64,000 bases of DNA, from assembly GCA_965218585.1 (NCBI GenBank), contig CBDCLE010000017.1, positions 64,001 through 128,000 of the forward strand, given 5' to 3'. Position 1 is the first letter of the stretch; every line of letters begins with the position of its first letter. The notes under the pieces were generated by a model, which saw nothing but the letters and a program-made list of their open reading frames with translations, was not told where the DNA came from and searched no databases. The DNA is from Terriglobia bacterium (GTDB taxonomy: Bacteria > Acidobacteriota > Terriglobia > 20CM-2-55-15). The position numbers and the translations under genes were made by a program. Shown piece by piece: positions 19,189 to 30,466 of this stretch.

Positions 19189-20508
19189 TTAGCCGACCAG
19201 GATTATCTGGAGGTCCATCAGGTTGGTTTGTGTGGGGCCGGTCGTGATCAAGTCGCGGACGGACTTCAGGAAGGTAAACGAATCGTTCGCTCGAAGAAAT
19301 TTCATTGGCTCGAGGTTCATTTCGATCGCGCGCGAACACGTGAAGGGATCGACCAGGCCTCCAGCGGCGGTGGTCGGCCCGTCGGTGCCATCGGTCGCAA
19401 CACTTGCAAAACAGGCCGGTTTCTTCCATGACTGCATCTTCAGAGCCCACGCGAGGGCCATTTCCTGATTGCGGCCTCCCTGGCCCGGACCTCTGACAGT
19501 CACCGTCGTTTCCCCGGCGGCGAGCACACATGCCGGGGGTGCAACCGGTTGGCCACTCGAACCGATTTCACGCGCAATCGACGCAAAAAAACGGCCTACG
19601 TCCCGCGCTTCACCCTCGATCTCCGAGCTGAGCACCATGGTCTTGAAGCCCAATTCCTTCGCCCTTTCGGAAGCCGAGGCCAGCAGAAGACGGTTATCAG
19701 CGATGATGTGATTGCTGACACGCTCAAAGAGCACGTCACCCTGCTTGGGGGTTTCTCCGATCTCACCTCTCCCACCCCGCTCAAAACGATCCTCCACAGC
19801 TGACGGAACGGAGATTCCATATTTCCTGACAATTGCGAGCGCGTCAGCAAACGTTGTCGTGTCGGGTGCAGTTGGACCTGAAGAAATGAAGTCGAGGGGA
19901 TTGCCGATCACGTCAGACATGATCAGGGACACAACCCGAGCAGGGGCCGCCCACCTCAACAACTGTCCGCCTTTGATCGAGGAGAGATGCTTTCGAACCG
20001 CGTTGAGTTCACGAATCGTGGCTCCTGCCCGAAGCAGGTTGGACGTGACGTGCTGCTTCTCACCCAACGTGATCCCCTCCGCTGGTGAAGGCAGAAGCGC
20101 TGAGCCACCCCCCGAAAACAGGCACAGCACCAGGTCCTCCGAATTCAGGTCACGCAGAAGCTCCCGCAATCCCTCGACGGCCAACTCTCCTGAGCGGTCC
20201 GGTACCGGATGTCCGGCCTCGAACACTTGAATGCGATCGGTCGGCAGTCGGTGGCCATACTTCGTAATCACAAGGCCGGAAGATATCCGGTCGTTAAAGA
20301 TCCCCTCGACAACCTGGGCCATTCCGGCGCCGGCTTTCCCCGCTCCAACGACGATGAGCCGTCCGGTAATCTCAAATTCCTGATCGTCTACGGTGAAACC
20401 ATTCGGCGTCACGCGGACGGCATTTGGAATGCAGATTTCTGGCCGAGCCGCATCGAGCGCCGACTGCCAGATCTCCTTGGCCGCTCGACGTAACTGGGAA
20501 ATCGTCAT
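19189..20508 (-). CDS. Glycerate 2-kinase type 2 (TtuD/GckA, DUF4147+MOFRL)
   Basis: GAGKAG, EAGHPVPD, SGGGSAL, GETTV, GGRNQE, TDGTDG and GPTQTNLMD. Confidence 0.92.
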   Translation of the reverse strand: MTISQLRRAAKEIWQSALDAARPEICIPNAVRVTPNGFTVDDQEFEITGRLIVVGAGKAGAGMAQVVEGIFNDRISSGLVITKYGHRLPTDRIQVFEAGHPVPDRSGELAVEGLRELLRDLNSEDLVLCLFSGGGSALLPSPAEGITLGEKQHVTSNLLRAGATIRELNAVRKHLSSIKGGQLLRWAAPARVVSLIMSDVIGNPLDFISSGPTAPDTTTFADALAIVRKYGISVPSAVEDRFERGGRGEIGETPKQGDVLFERVSNHIIADNRLLLASASERAKELGFKTMVLSSEIEGEARDVGRFFASIAREIGSSGQPVAPPACVLAAGETTVTVRGPGQGGRNQEMALAWALKMQSWKKPACFASVATDGTDGPTTAAGGLVDPFTCSRAIEMNLEPMKFLRANDSFTFLKSVRDLITTGPTQTNLMDLQIILVG

Positions 20509-20586
20509 ACGAGGCTCTCTTCTATCACGGGGTCCGACCCAACCAAAAACGTTTCCCGTATAGTGGATCAATCCCGAACAGGTAAA

Positions 20587-20726
20587 CTAGTGATCTGTAG
20601 CACCCGTATCGGGCCCAGTGTTGCGGTCAAACGGCATTGGATTCTAGGAGTCACCGACGAGGAAATGCCCTGCATTGTGAGGAGCTGACGACAACGAAGA
20701 CGATGCCATTTCGCAGCAATCGCTGG
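20587..20726 (+). mobile_element. Partial copy (one end) of the MITE at 35181-35452
   Basis: 20587-20719 aligns without gaps to the reverse complement of 35322-35454, about 104/133 identical by hand count. Confidence 0.8.
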
Positions 20727-20741
20727 CAGATGGAGAGGCAG

Positions 20742-21275
20742 ATGGAGCATACGTTGCGAGAGGGCGTCCTGATTTCAGAGTCGGACATCGCGGGACGAAT
20801 CACCGACATCGCGAGGGGGCTCTCGGGCGACTTCGCCGGACGCGAACTGTTTGCTGTCATTGTTCTTGGCGGCGGCTTCATATTCGCCGGGGATTTGCTG
20901 CGCAAGATAGATTCCACTGTGAAGGTGCGCCTTGGTTTCATATCGGCGAGTAGTTACGGTTCAGAAACAGTGTCATCGGGAGACGTTCGGGTCGCAGTTG
21001 ACCTTGCGGTTTCGGTAGCGGGAGCAGACGTGCTTGTCATAGACGACATTCTGGAAACTGGAGAGACATTGACCCGGATTCGGGATCTCATTCAAGAACG
21101 CGGTGCCGCTTCGGTACGCGTGGCCACGCTGCTTCACAAGAAGGGCAAACTGAAGCGTCCGTTCACCGCGGATTACGTTGGATTCGAGATTCCTGACGTG
21201 TTCGTTGTGGGTTACGGTCTGGATTTCGCAGAGTACTATCGAAACCTTCCAGACATAAGGATCTTGGACGAATGA
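20742..21275 (+). CDS. hpt: Hypoxanthine phosphoribosyltransferase
   Basis: SSYG, VLVIDDILETGETL and FVVGYGLD. SD GGAGAGG precedes the start. Confidence 0.93.
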   Translation: MEHTLREGVLISESDIAGRITDIARGLSGDFAGRELFAVIVLGGGFIFAGDLLRKIDSTVKVRLGFISASSYGSETVSSGDVRVAVDLAVSVAGADVLVIDDILETGETLTRIRDLIQERGAASVRVATLLHKKGKLKRPFTADYVGFEIPDVFVVGYGLDFAEYYRNLPDIRILDE

Positions 21276-21312
21276 ATAATCGAGTTACAGCCTCGAGGAG
21301 ATACGCCGCACC

Positions 21313-23070
21313 GTGAGCCAGAAACCCGAACTGCATTTCTCGGATACTCGTTTTCTTTCGGACATCCTCGAAATAAACCACGAGATCACGGCGATCCTCG
21401 ACCTGGATCCCTTACTCAAGAAGATCGCCGAAACGACTCGTGGGTTCATCCCATACCAGGTGTTTGCCATCCTGTTAGTCGACGAATCAACCGACGAACT
21501 CTTTTATCGCTTTTCGATGGGCCACCCTGAGGAGGTCGTTGACAACCTCAGGGTTCCGATCGGCCAGGGAATCATCGGCACCGCCGCCAAAGAAAGACGC
21601 CCTGTGGTCGTCGACGATGTATCCGAGGATTCACGGTACATCAACGTTGTGGCCGGAACTCGATCGGAACTGGCCGTGCCGCTGATCAGCAAAGGACGTG
21701 TCCTGGGTGTCCTCGACATCGAAAGCCCGGAGGTCGGATTTTTTCGCGAGGAACAGGTGCGGATGCTCGATCTGTTGGCGAGCCAGATCGCGATCGCGAT
21801 CGAAAACGCCAATCTCTATGAAAGTGAGCGGCGTAACCACGAGCGGCTCTCTCTGCTTCGCGACATCAGCCTCGAGATCGCGTCCACCCTTGAGGTGGAA
21901 CAAGTGATCAACAAGATCGCTGAAGGCGTCAAATCGACCGTCGATTACCATATTTTCTCGATCCTTCAACTGGACGAATCCAAGAACATGCTGCGGCCCC
22001 GCATGGTCTTTCGACACGACGAACAGGCGCACGAAAAATACGACGTACCGCTTGGTCAAGGCCTCATCGGTATCGCAGCGCTTCAGAACCAGGCCGTCCG
22101 CGTCGGCGATGTCAGCAACGATTCACGTTACATCAACGTACACAGCGAGACCGTGTCGGAAATGGTTATTCCTCTTGCCTACAAGGGGCGGGTTATCGGC
22201 GCGCTCGACCTGGAGAGCCCGAAACCGAATCACTTCACCGAATATGACGAGCGCCTTCTGATGACACTGGCGACGCGGATCGCATCCGCCCTGGTGAACG
22301 CTGAGTTGTACGAAAAGGTTGCAGAAAACGAAAGACGGCTGGATAACGAACTGGAGATTGCCCGTGAGATCCAGATCGGCCTGTTACCAGAGGAACTACC
22401 TTCGATCGGTGGATTGGACGTGGCTGTTTCGTTTACTCCGGTCGCACACCTGGGAGGCGATCTCTACGATGTGCTTCGCTTCGATGACGGTCGGTTTGCC
22501 ATCACCGTAGGAGATGTCTCGGGCAAGGGAGCTCCGGCGGCTCTCTACGGGGCTTTGGCGAGCGGCGTCATCCGAACTCGGGCCACACGAAAATACCCGC
22601 CTGCCCAGATGCTGGAACTGGTCAACAAGTCCTTACAACAGCGCCCGATCGCGACCCAATATGTTGCGTTGGTCTACGCTGTGTACGATCCCGAAAAAAG
22701 GCAATTGACGTTTTCCAATTCGGGATTGCCGTATCCCATCCGCAGCCTGGGAAGCGGCGACGGTGCCGGATTTCTGGATCTTGCAGGAATACCGATTGGG
22801 TTGCTGCCCGACTCGAAATATGAAGAACGCGTCATTGAATTAAGCGCCGGAGACCTCATCGTGTTCTACACCGATGGCATCGCCGAAAGACGAGATTCCA
22901 GTGGCGAAGAATTCGGACTCAAGCGGCTGGCGAGACTTGTCCAGGAAAACAGGGAGAAGACGCCCGATCAGATCATCGTCGCGATAGAGGCTGAATTGGA
23001 GGCCTACAGCGGGGGGAGTCCCGCCGACGACGATCAGACACTGCTGGTCATGAAGATGGACGGCGAATGA
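21313..23070 (+). CDS. Two-GAF-domain SpoIIE/PP2C phosphatase (RsbU-like)
   Basis: Two GAF repeats (SELAVPL / SEMVIPL), GGDLYD, GDVSGKG, YTDGI and DDQT. Confidence 0.92.
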   Translation: MSQKPELHFSDTRFLSDILEINHEITAILDLDPLLKKIAETTRGFIPYQVFAILLVDESTDELFYRFSMGHPEEVVDNLRVPIGQGIIGTAAKERRPVVVDDVSEDSRYINVVAGTRSELAVPLISKGRVLGVLDIESPEVGFFREEQVRMLDLLASQIAIAIENANLYESERRNHERLSLLRDISLEIASTLEVEQVINKIAEGVKSTVDYHIFSILQLDESKNMLRPRMVFRHDEQAHEKYDVPLGQGLIGIAALQNQAVRVGDVSNDSRYINVHSETVSEMVIPLAYKGRVIGALDLESPKPNHFTEYDERLLMTLATRIASALVNAELYEKVAENERRLDNELEIAREIQIGLLPEELPSIGGLDVAVSFTPVAHLGGDLYDVLRFDDGRFAITVGDVSGKGAPAALYGALASGVIRTRATRKYPPAQMLELVNKSLQQRPIATQYVALVYAVYDPEKRQLTFSNSGLPYPIRSLGSGDGAGFLDLAGIPIGLLPDSKYEERVIELSAGDLIVFYTDGIAERRDSSGEEFGLKRLARLVQENREKTPDQIIVAIEAELEAYSGGSPADDDQTLLVMKMDGE

Positions 23071-23073
23071 CGG

Positions 23074-23859
23074 TCATCGGTCTCTGTTCGCGATAGAGCC
23101 CAGCATCTGATCGTGAATCCGCCCGTTAGAGGCGACGATCTCTCCCGATTCCACTCGAAACCCATTTCCCATGAAATCTGTAACGCGTCCACCCGCCTCC
23201 TCCACGATCAACGTGCCCGCGGCCGTGTCCCAGGGCTGAAGATCCAATTCCCAGAAGCCATCACATCGACCTGATGCGATGTAGCAGAGATCGAGAGCGG
23301 CAGAACCCGCTCGACGAACGGCTTGAGACCCGATGAGAAACGTGCGAAACAGGTCGAGGGCCGGACCCACCTTCTCTCTAAAACCATACGGAAAGCCGGT
23401 CAACAGCAATCCATCTGAGAGTTCTCGAACGTCAGACACTGCGATCGGCTCACCGTTCAAAAACGCTCCGCCACCATGGCTGCCGGTAAACATTTCATCC
23501 CTTACCGGATCGTATACGGCGCCACAAACCATTCCACCATTCTGCTCGAAACCGATCGACACGCAATACATCGGAAACTGGTGCGTATAGTTGGTCGTGC
23601 CGTCAAGTGGGTCGATTATCCAGCGACCCGCAGAAGCGCCTTTCGAGACGCCAACAAGACCTGCCTCTTCGGCTAGAATGCCATGGTCCGGATACCGGGA
23701 ACGGATCTCACCAACGATCAGCTCTTCGCTTTCGCGATCGGCTACGGTCACCAGGTCGGCCCGGCCCTTCAACTCCACATGCTTGTCACGTGATGCGTAG
23801 TGTTTAAGAATCTCACCCGCCGCACGCGCCAGTTCGTCGGCAAAAATCAGGTATTCCAC
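23074..23859 (-). CDS. suhB: Inositol monophosphatase
   Basis: WIIDPLDGTTNY, GSAALDLC and WDTAAG. Confidence 0.9.
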   Translation of the reverse strand: MEYLIFADELARAAGEILKHYASRDKHVELKGRADLVTVADRESEELIVGEIRSRYPDHGILAEEAGLVGVSKGASAGRWIIDPLDGTTNYTHQFPMYCVSIGFEQNGGMVCGAVYDPVRDEMFTGSHGGGAFLNGEPIAVSDVRELSDGLLLTGFPYGFREKVGPALDLFRTFLIGSQAVRRAGSAALDLCYIASGRCDGFWELDLQPWDTAAGTLIVEEAGGRVTDFMGNGFRVESGEIVASNGRIHDQMLGSIANRDR

Positions 23860-23928
23860 TTGCGATGTGTGCTTTTTTTTAAGATGTGCGTCAGGGGCAG
23901 GTCAAAGGCAAGCGAGGAGCTTCCCTGC

Positions 23929-25146
23929 TCAGGACTGTTCTACAAGGACCCGCAGCTGAACAAACCGCTCGTCCCTGTTCAAGAAATCAAACACGGGGTC
24001 ATCGAGCAGGTCGCTTTGAGAAAAACCCTGCTCCAGAGCCCGATACAGGAATGAAATCGCCCTGTCCCCATCATCAACGTTCGCGAAGACCTTTGCGAGA
24101 TAATAGCTCACCATGGCCTCGTTCTCCTGAGGCTGACGGACCAGGGTCCCAAAACCTCCACCGGAATTTTCGAACAATGTCGGATCGATCCGCAGCGCCG
24201 CAATAAAAAAGACCAAGCCGTCTTCATACCGTTCCAACGCAAACATGCAATAGCCCAGGTTCTGGAGCACGGTCGGCGATTCCGGATTGACAATCAGTGC
24301 TCTTCGGAACCATTCACGCGCGACATCATAGCGTTCGCGACCCTGCTCGATAGAGCCGAGGTTATTCAGGGCAGGCAAGAAGTACTCATTGGCATCCACG
24401 GACCTTCGGTACTGCCTTTCCGCGTCTCTTATGTCCTGATTCTGGTGATATGCAATGCCCAGCTTGTTGATCAACCTGGCGTTGTACTCATCGATTTCCG
24501 TTGCAGCCTCATAGACCTCGATAGCTTCCGGAAACAGCTTCCGAGCCATCAACGAATCTCCACGCAGCTCCTGGATTCGCAGATCTTCGATTACTTCAGC
24601 CCTCATGAGGAGAGACACTCTGATCAGGTCTACTTCACGGCCTTCGATCAACAGGGGATTCTCCACGTGTTCGGCAGCGATCACCGAATCGGCAATCCGC
24701 CCGTTTCTACGAGCGTGTTTCGCAGCACGAAGATTGTCCTGAATAAGGGGGTTCTCGGGATCCTGTTCGAGAGCGTCCTCGAACCGATCTTCCGCCTCCC
24801 GAAAGTCCTGCCGTGCGTAGTAGATCGCTCCAAGGTTATTGTGGCTCCCCGCAACACCCACATCGCGCCCCTGGACCAGCCGATAGATCCGTTCAGCTTC
24901 CGGGAGTCGATCGAGCAGGTGATAGGACGAGGCCAGCCTGCTTTGAATCTCGGGCGATAACTCGCTGGCGTCGAGGTTTTCATAGGCAGCAATCGCTGCT
25001 TCGAAATTCGACGCTTCAAAGGCCTGGTTCCCCGCGACCAGGGCCTCAGATTCTTGCACGGGAACTTCCTGGCCAAAATTCGCTACGGGCAGGCCGAGGA
25101 GTGACAGGACGACTAGTGAAAGGCTCACCTTAGCGGCATACTTCAT
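23929..25146 (-). CDS. Secreted tetratricopeptide-repeat protein
   Basis: Signal peptide and repeated NNLGxxY TPR motifs. Confidence 0.85.
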   Translation of the reverse strand: MKYAAKVSLSLVVLSLLGLPVANFGQEVPVQESEALVAGNQAFEASNFEAAIAAYENLDASELSPEIQSRLASSYHLLDRLPEAERIYRLVQGRDVGVAGSHNNLGAIYYARQDFREAEDRFEDALEQDPENPLIQDNLRAAKHARRNGRIADSVIAAEHVENPLLIEGREVDLIRVSLLMRAEVIEDLRIQELRGDSLMARKLFPEAIEVYEAATEIDEYNARLINKLGIAYHQNQDIRDAERQYRRSVDANEYFLPALNNLGSIEQGRERYDVAREWFRRALIVNPESPTVLQNLGYCMFALERYEDGLVFFIAALRIDPTLFENSGGGFGTLVRQPQENEAMVSYYLAKVFANVDDGDRAISFLYRALEQGFSQSDLLDDPVFDFLNRDERFVQLRVLVEQS

Positions 25147-25226
25147 AAGGGACGCTCCTTCCAAAATTCTAACACTCGATGCCGCTCAAGGACGAATCCA
25201 ATCGGACATCAGAACGAGACACGCAA

Positions 25227-27218
25227 TCAGACAATTTCCAACTGCTTTTCTTTTAGCACTTTAGCCCGGTCACGCAACTCCGCCGCACGCTCAAATTCAA
25301 ACCTGCGGGCCGCTTCGCGCATTTCTTCCTCGACCTTTTCAATACGCTCCGCCAGTTTCGCCGGGTCATCGATGTTGTCGTCCGCCGAAACGCTGACCGG
25401 GGGAGGATCGGAATAGTCCGCTTCAGACATTGAAACCAACGTCATGTCGACGGGCTTGATGATGGTTTCCGGTGTTATCCCGTTCACTCTGTTGTAGTCG
25501 AGCTGGATGCTCCGGCGTCGATCCGTTTCACCGATCGCCCGTTTCATCGAGTCGGTCATTCTGTCCGCATACAGGATCGCCGTCCCGTTGACGTTGCGCG
25601 CGGCACGTCCAATAGTCTGAATCAGCGAACCGCTGGACCTGAGGAATCCCTCTTTATCAGCATCCAGAATCGCAACAAGAGACACCTCGGGCAGATCCAG
25701 CCCTTCCCTGAGGAGATTTATTCCGATCAGGACATCGAAATCGCCACGCCGGAGCCCTCTGAGAACCTTGATCCGCTCGAGAGTTTCTATCTCCGAGTGG
25801 AGGTAACGGCAGCGGACCCCGACTTCGGTGTAGTATTCAGCCAGATCTTCAGACATGCGCTTGGTCAATGTCGTCACCAGCACACGCTCTCCCACACCGA
25901 CGCGTTCGCGAATCTCATGGAGGAGGTCGTCAATCTGACCGTTGACAGGACGCACATCGACATCCGGGTCGGTCAGGCCGGTCGGGCGAATCACCTGTTC
26001 GATCACCACGCCCGAAGACTTCGTCAGTTCGTAGGGTCCCGGCGTCGCCGAAACATAGATGACCTGATTCGCCCTCTCCTCGAATTCTCCAAAAGTCAAA
26101 GGGCGATTGTCTAATGCCGACGGCAGGCGGAATCCAAATTCAACCAGATTGGCTTTGCGGGACCGGTCACCCTTATACATAGCTCCGAGCTGTGGCACCG
26201 TCTGGTGACTTTCGTCAATGAAGATCAGGGAGTCCCGGGGCAAGTAATCGAGAAGCGTGGGTGGAGCCTGACCCGGAGCCCGGCCGGTCAGGTGCCTCGA
26301 ATAATTCTCAATTCCGTGGCAGTAGCCGACCTCCTTGACCATCTCCATGTCGAAGAGGGTTCGTTGATGAACCCGCTGCGCTTCCAGCAAGCGGCTCTGG
26401 CGTTCAAGCAGCGATTCCCAATCCTTGAGTTCGGCACGTATCGTCTTGATTGCGGCCTCGAGTCGGGATCGTGGCATCACGAAATGGCTCTTCGGGTATA
26501 CAGTCAACCGTTCGAACTTGTCGATGACATCGCCGGTAAGAGGATCAAAAGTGCTCAGCTGGTCGACCTCATCGCCCCACATCTCTATCCGATAGCCGAT
26601 ATTTTCATATGTGGAGAAGACTTCGACAGTGTCCCCCCGAACCCTGAAGGTTCCGCGCTTAAAATCTATGTCGTTGCGTTCGTAGAGAATCTCAACGAGC
26701 TTGGACAACACTTCGCGCCGGGAAATCGTCTGCCCCCGTTCCAGCATGAGAAGCATCCCGTAATAAGCCTCCGGTGAGCCCAGGCCGTAGATACATGAAA
26801 CCGACGCTACGATCACAACGTCGCGACGCTCAAACAGCGATCGCGTCGCCGAGAGGCGCAGACGGTCGATTTCGTCGTTGATCGTCGATTCCTTCTCGAT
26901 ATAGGTGTCTGTCGAGGCGATATAGGCTTCAGGCTGGTAATAATCGTAGTAACTGACAAAATACTCGACTGCGTTTCGGGGAAAGAAACCGCGAAACTCC
27001 TGATAGAGCTGTGCTGCCAGAGTCTTGTTGTGCGCAAGAACGAGCGCAGGACGGTCGAGGGCTTCAATGACTTTGGCCATCGTGAAGGTTTTCCCCGACC
27101 CGGTAACTCCGAGAAGAACCTGATGGCGGTCTCCATCGTGCAAGCCGCGGAGAAGCGCGTCGATAGCAGTTTCCTGGTCTCCTCGCGGCACGTACGGTGA
27201 TGCAAGTTCGAAGCTCAT
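25227..27218 (-). CDS. uvrB: Excinuclease ABC subunit B
   Basis: [24 protein letters not shown] and C-terminal UVR domain. Confidence 0.98.
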   Translation of the reverse strand: MSFELASPYVPRGDQETAIDALLRGLHDGDRHQVLLGVTGSGKTFTMAKVIEALDRPALVLAHNKTLAAQLYQEFRGFFPRNAVEYFVSYYDYYQPEAYIASTDTYIEKESTINDEIDRLRLSATRSLFERRDVVIVASVSCIYGLGSPEAYYGMLLMLERGQTISRREVLSKLVEILYERNDIDFKRGTFRVRGDTVEVFSTYENIGYRIEMWGDEVDQLSTFDPLTGDVIDKFERLTVYPKSHFVMPRSRLEAAIKTIRAELKDWESLLERQSRLLEAQRVHQRTLFDMEMVKEVGYCHGIENYSRHLTGRAPGQAPPTLLDYLPRDSLIFIDESHQTVPQLGAMYKGDRSRKANLVEFGFRLPSALDNRPLTFGEFEERANQVIYVSATPGPYELTKSSGVVIEQVIRPTGLTDPDVDVRPVNGQIDDLLHEIRERVGVGERVLVTTLTKRMSEDLAEYYTEVGVRCRYLHSEIETLERIKVLRGLRRGDFDVLIGINLLREGLDLPEVSLVAILDADKEGFLRSSGSLIQTIGRAARNVNGTAILYADRMTDSMKRAIGETDRRRSIQLDYNRVNGITPETIIKPVDMTLVSMSEADYSDPPPVSVSADDNIDDPAKLAERIEKVEEEMREAARRFEFERAAELRDRAKVLKEKQLEIV

Positions 27219-27320
27219 TGAAAACTTACATTTTACCAGTTAAGGGACAGGCAAGCGCCATCGTTCGCCATTCTTGACACCAATCGACCCATCGCCTACC
27301 CTCAAATCCCTGAAGAACGG

Positions 27321-28184
27321 ATGGTTAACCCAGGGTTTACTGTGCAAACAACGGATTCTCTCCTCGCCGTGTCTCCCGAGATCCTCGGTGCCCTCCAGTG
27401 TCCTTCCTGCAGGTCCGAGACTCCCCTCGATCAGGGGCCCGAAGCTCTGCGCTGCCAGAGTTGCGGTTTGAAATATCCGTTCAGCGGCGGTTATCTCGAT
27501 CTCCTTCCAGATTACGAAGAAAAAATAACGCCGATCCAGCACGTTCTTCAGTTCAAGCCGGCGATCCTGCTTTACGACAATGTGTGGCGACCTGTCGGGT
27601 ATTTTCTGACCAGCGATCGATCGTTTTCTACAGACCTCGGCCGGATAACAAAATTGGTGGGACCGGATCGTCAGCGGTTGGTCCTGGATCTGGCGTGCGG
27701 TCCGGGAAATTTCACGCGCAGCATTGCGGGCTCGGGGGAGAACACCCGTGTAATCGGATTTGATTTGGCCCGGCAGATGCTGGACAGGGCGCGATATCTC
27801 ACGGACGGAGACAGATATCCCAATGTAGAATTCATGCGCGGTAGTGCGCTGGCGCTACCTTTTCGCCCGGGTGTCTTTGATGCCGTGAACTGCTGCGGAG
27901 CATTGCAGCTGTTTACAGACTACGACCAGGCGTTATCGGAAATCTCACGTGTCCTGAAGGTGGGTGGCGACTTCGTGTGCCAGACCGTCGTGGGACCTAA
28001 GACCACCCCTCTCTGGCTTCGAATGTCCGACCGTTTGATGAAATTCGGCCACTTCAAGATAGATGAGCTCAAGGGGCAGCTTCACGACCTGGGACTGGAC
28101 ATCGTCGATGAGGAGCTTTCAAGGGCCAGTTATATTTTCAGGGCCGCAAAAACCGAAGAACAGACCCGATCTGCTGCTGGCTGA
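27321..28184 (+). CDS. Class I SAM methyltransferase with N-terminal Zn ribbon
   Basis: CPSC...CQSC, VLDLACGPG, LPF and RVLKVGG. Confidence 0.88.
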   Translation: MVNPGFTVQTTDSLLAVSPEILGALQCPSCRSETPLDQGPEALRCQSCGLKYPFSGGYLDLLPDYEEKITPIQHVLQFKPAILLYDNVWRPVGYFLTSDRSFSTDLGRITKLVGPDRQRLVLDLACGPGNFTRSIAGSGENTRVIGFDLARQMLDRARYLTDGDRYPNVEFMRGSALALPFRPGVFDAVNCCGALQLFTDYDQALSEISRVLKVGGDFVCQTVVGPKTTPLWLRMSDRLMKFGHFKIDELKGQLHDLGLDIVDEELSRASYIFRAAKTEEQTRSAAG

Positions 28185-28186
28185 AG

Positions 28187-28798
28187 CTAGTATGTAATCT
28201 CGGCACCGTCGGGTGTGAGGACAATCTCTTCGATGCCCCAGGGGATGAGGAAGCCCTCGTCCAGATCGACTTCAGGAAATCGCGGGTTTACGAACCGGTC
28301 GATGAGAACCTCGACGACCACGATCGGAACAGGAAAACCATCCACACGCACCTGCTGCAACCGGAAGGTTCCTTCCCCGGCATGACCCTCCAGCGCACCC
28401 CTTACAAAGAGACTGTGCGGACTCTCGAGCAGGAGATCCACAATGGGATTTCCGGAACCTTCCTCGGAATCAAATGTCAGTTCGGTGGCGGCTGCAATCG
28501 TTCCGGCCTCAACCGTCACATCGATCGAATCCACACGGGCAGGAATCTCATCCCCCATCGAAAAGAAGACAAAAGATTCCATTTCCGTCTCTGTGACCAG
28601 GATCGTCGTGGCTTCATCAAGACCTCGGGTTGATGCATTTTCAGCATCACGTATGGCAACAATCTTGTCGAAAAGTGAGTTTGCCGCTTCCGGATTCAGA
28701 CTGGGGGGAGAGTCAGACGATTGCCGGGCGTCGAGAGAAATCGACAGGAGAAAACTAAGAGAAACTGCGAGGAGAAAGAGCGGCCGAGGGCGAGGCAT
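28187..28798 (-). CDS. Secreted hypothetical protein
   Basis: Signal peptide; starts 3 bp after lepB in the rnc-lepB run. Confidence 0.7.
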   Translation of the reverse strand: MPRPRPLFLLAVSLSFLLSISLDARQSSDSPPSLNPEAANSLFDKIVAIRDAENASTRGLDEATTILVTETEMESFVFFSMGDEIPARVDSIDVTVEAGTIAAATELTFDSEEGSGNPIVDLLLESPHSLFVRGALEGHAGEGTFRLQQVRVDGFPVPIVVVEVLIDRFVNPRFPEVDLDEGFLIPWGIEEIVLTPDGAEITY

Positions 28799-28801
28799 CA
28801 G

Positions 28802-29566
28802 CTATCGGATGATCATGAACGTTCGGCCCCATCGTGTCTTGCGGAAGAAGTTCAATCCAAGATCCGCGATCTGCCCCACCCGACTCCCTGCACCCGCCTC
28901 GAGATATTCGTCTGTGTCGGTTTCGTAGGACCAGTAGATGACCAGCGCCTTGCCGACGATGTCCGTCATGGGGACGAATCCCCAGTAGCGACTGTCCGAG
29001 CTGTTGTCCCGGTTGTCGCCCATGGCGAAGTAGTGTCCTTCGGGCACCAGGATCTCATCGTCGACCATGTAGTCCTCATACCAGTACGGATCCTGATCCA
29101 CACCTCCATAGCGCCGGCCGGGATGCGGCCTCGGGGGAAAATAGTCCCGGAACGGGTCTGCATAGGCGCCCGGTGGACTGATGTGCATCTTGTAGGGCTC
29201 GTTCAGGGGGCGATCGTCTACGAAAACCTGCTGCTCGATAATCCGAACGCGCTCGCCCGGAAGACCGACCACCCGCTTCACGTAGTGTTTGGTGAGATCT
29301 CTTGGGTAGCGAAAAACGATGACGTCTCCTCGATCGACCTTGTTGAACGGAAGGACGGCATCGATCCAGGATCCTTCGTTTCCGAACGTAAACTTGTTGA
29401 CAAGAAGATGGTCGCCGACAAGAAGGTTGTTTTCCATCGAAGGTGTGGGAATCTTGAACGCCTGGACGATAAACGTCGTTCCGAAAAGCGCCAGAATCAC
29501 CGTGATCACGAGTGACTCGAAGTATTCGCGGGCAGTTGATTTCGTGTAAGTCGGTTCGTCTGTCAT
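28802..29566 (-). CDS. lepB: Signal peptidase I
   Basis: IPTPSME, YVKRVVGLPG and MGDNRDNSSDSR. Confidence 0.96.
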   Translation of the reverse strand: MTDEPTYTKSTAREYFESLVITVILALFGTTFIVQAFKIPTPSMENNLLVGDHLLVNKFTFGNEGSWIDAVLPFNKVDRGDVIVFRYPRDLTKHYVKRVVGLPGERVRIIEQQVFVDDRPLNEPYKMHISPPGAYADPFRDYFPPRPHPGRRYGGVDQDPYWYEDYMVDDEILVPEGHYFAMGDNRDNSSDSRYWGFVPMTDIVGKALVIYWSYETDTDEYLEAGAGSRVGQIADLGLNFFRKTRWGRTFMIIR

Positions 29567-29741
29567 TCTGTTGCTCGAATCATCAGGCGGCCGGCCCAGG
29601 CCCGAATTCTCACTATATCGTTTCTGCTCAATTTGTTCCAGCTAAGAGACATACAGAGCAGGCCTTAGCGTAAGAATTCGGTGTTTCCGAGAACGAACAG
29701 CCTTTCGCTCGGTCGTTCAAACGGTCGTAAGAACCGACCAC

Positions 29742-30443
29742 TCAATCCCCATCCTTCTTCAACGCCTCCATAGCCTGCATCGCCGCCGCCTGTTCGGCGG
29801 CCTTCTTAGTCAAGCCCCGGCCCCGGGCCAGACTCGAATTTCCGACAATGACCTCAACGATAAACAGTTTCTGGTGATCAGGACCCGCGGCTTCGATCAA
29901 CTTGTAGTCGGCTGGCTTTTGGCCACGCGCCTGCAAGCCCTCCTGAAGTGCCGACTTGAAATCCGGAACCTGGTCTGCGGCGTTCTCAACGTCTTCGATT
30001 TGAAGGGTGAAGAATCGAAGAATGACTTCCCTGACCCGATCCAGTCCACCATCGAGATAGATGGCCGCAATGAGCGCTTCAAAGGCGTTTACCAACAGGG
30101 CCTGCTTCCGCCGGCCTCCGGTCTTCTCTTCACCCCTTCCCAGACGCAGATAGTGGCCCAACTGAATCTGCTCGGCACATTGAACGAGGTTCGCCGAACT
30201 CACAAGAAACCCCTTCAACTTGGACATCTGACCCTCGCTCAGATTCGGTTGTGCGCCACACAGAGCTTCGCTTACCAGAAATCCGAGGATCGAGTCACCC
30301 AGAAATTCGAGCCTCTCGTTGTCGTCCAGGGGGCCGAGATTGTTTTCGTGGGCGTATGAGCTGTGGGTCAGAGCCTGTTCGAGTAACTCGCGCCGGGCGA
30401 ACCGGTAGCCCAGCGTCTGCTCTAGTTCATCCAGGTTCTTCAT
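29742..30443 (-). CDS. rnc: Ribonuclease III
   Basis: NERLEFLGDS, FEALIAAIYLDGG and C-terminal dsRBD. Confidence 0.96.
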   Translation of the reverse strand: MKNLDELEQTLGYRFARRELLEQALTHSSYAHENNLGPLDDNERLEFLGDSILGFLVSEALCGAQPNLSEGQMSKLKGFLVSSANLVQCAEQIQLGHYLRLGRGEEKTGGRRKQALLVNAFEALIAAIYLDGGLDRVREVILRFFTLQIEDVENAADQVPDFKSALQEGLQARGQKPADYKLIEAAGPDHQKLFIVEVIVGNSSLARGRGLTKKAAEQAAAMQAMEALKKDGD

Positions 30444-30466
30444 CGAATCAAAAGACAATGGACCGC

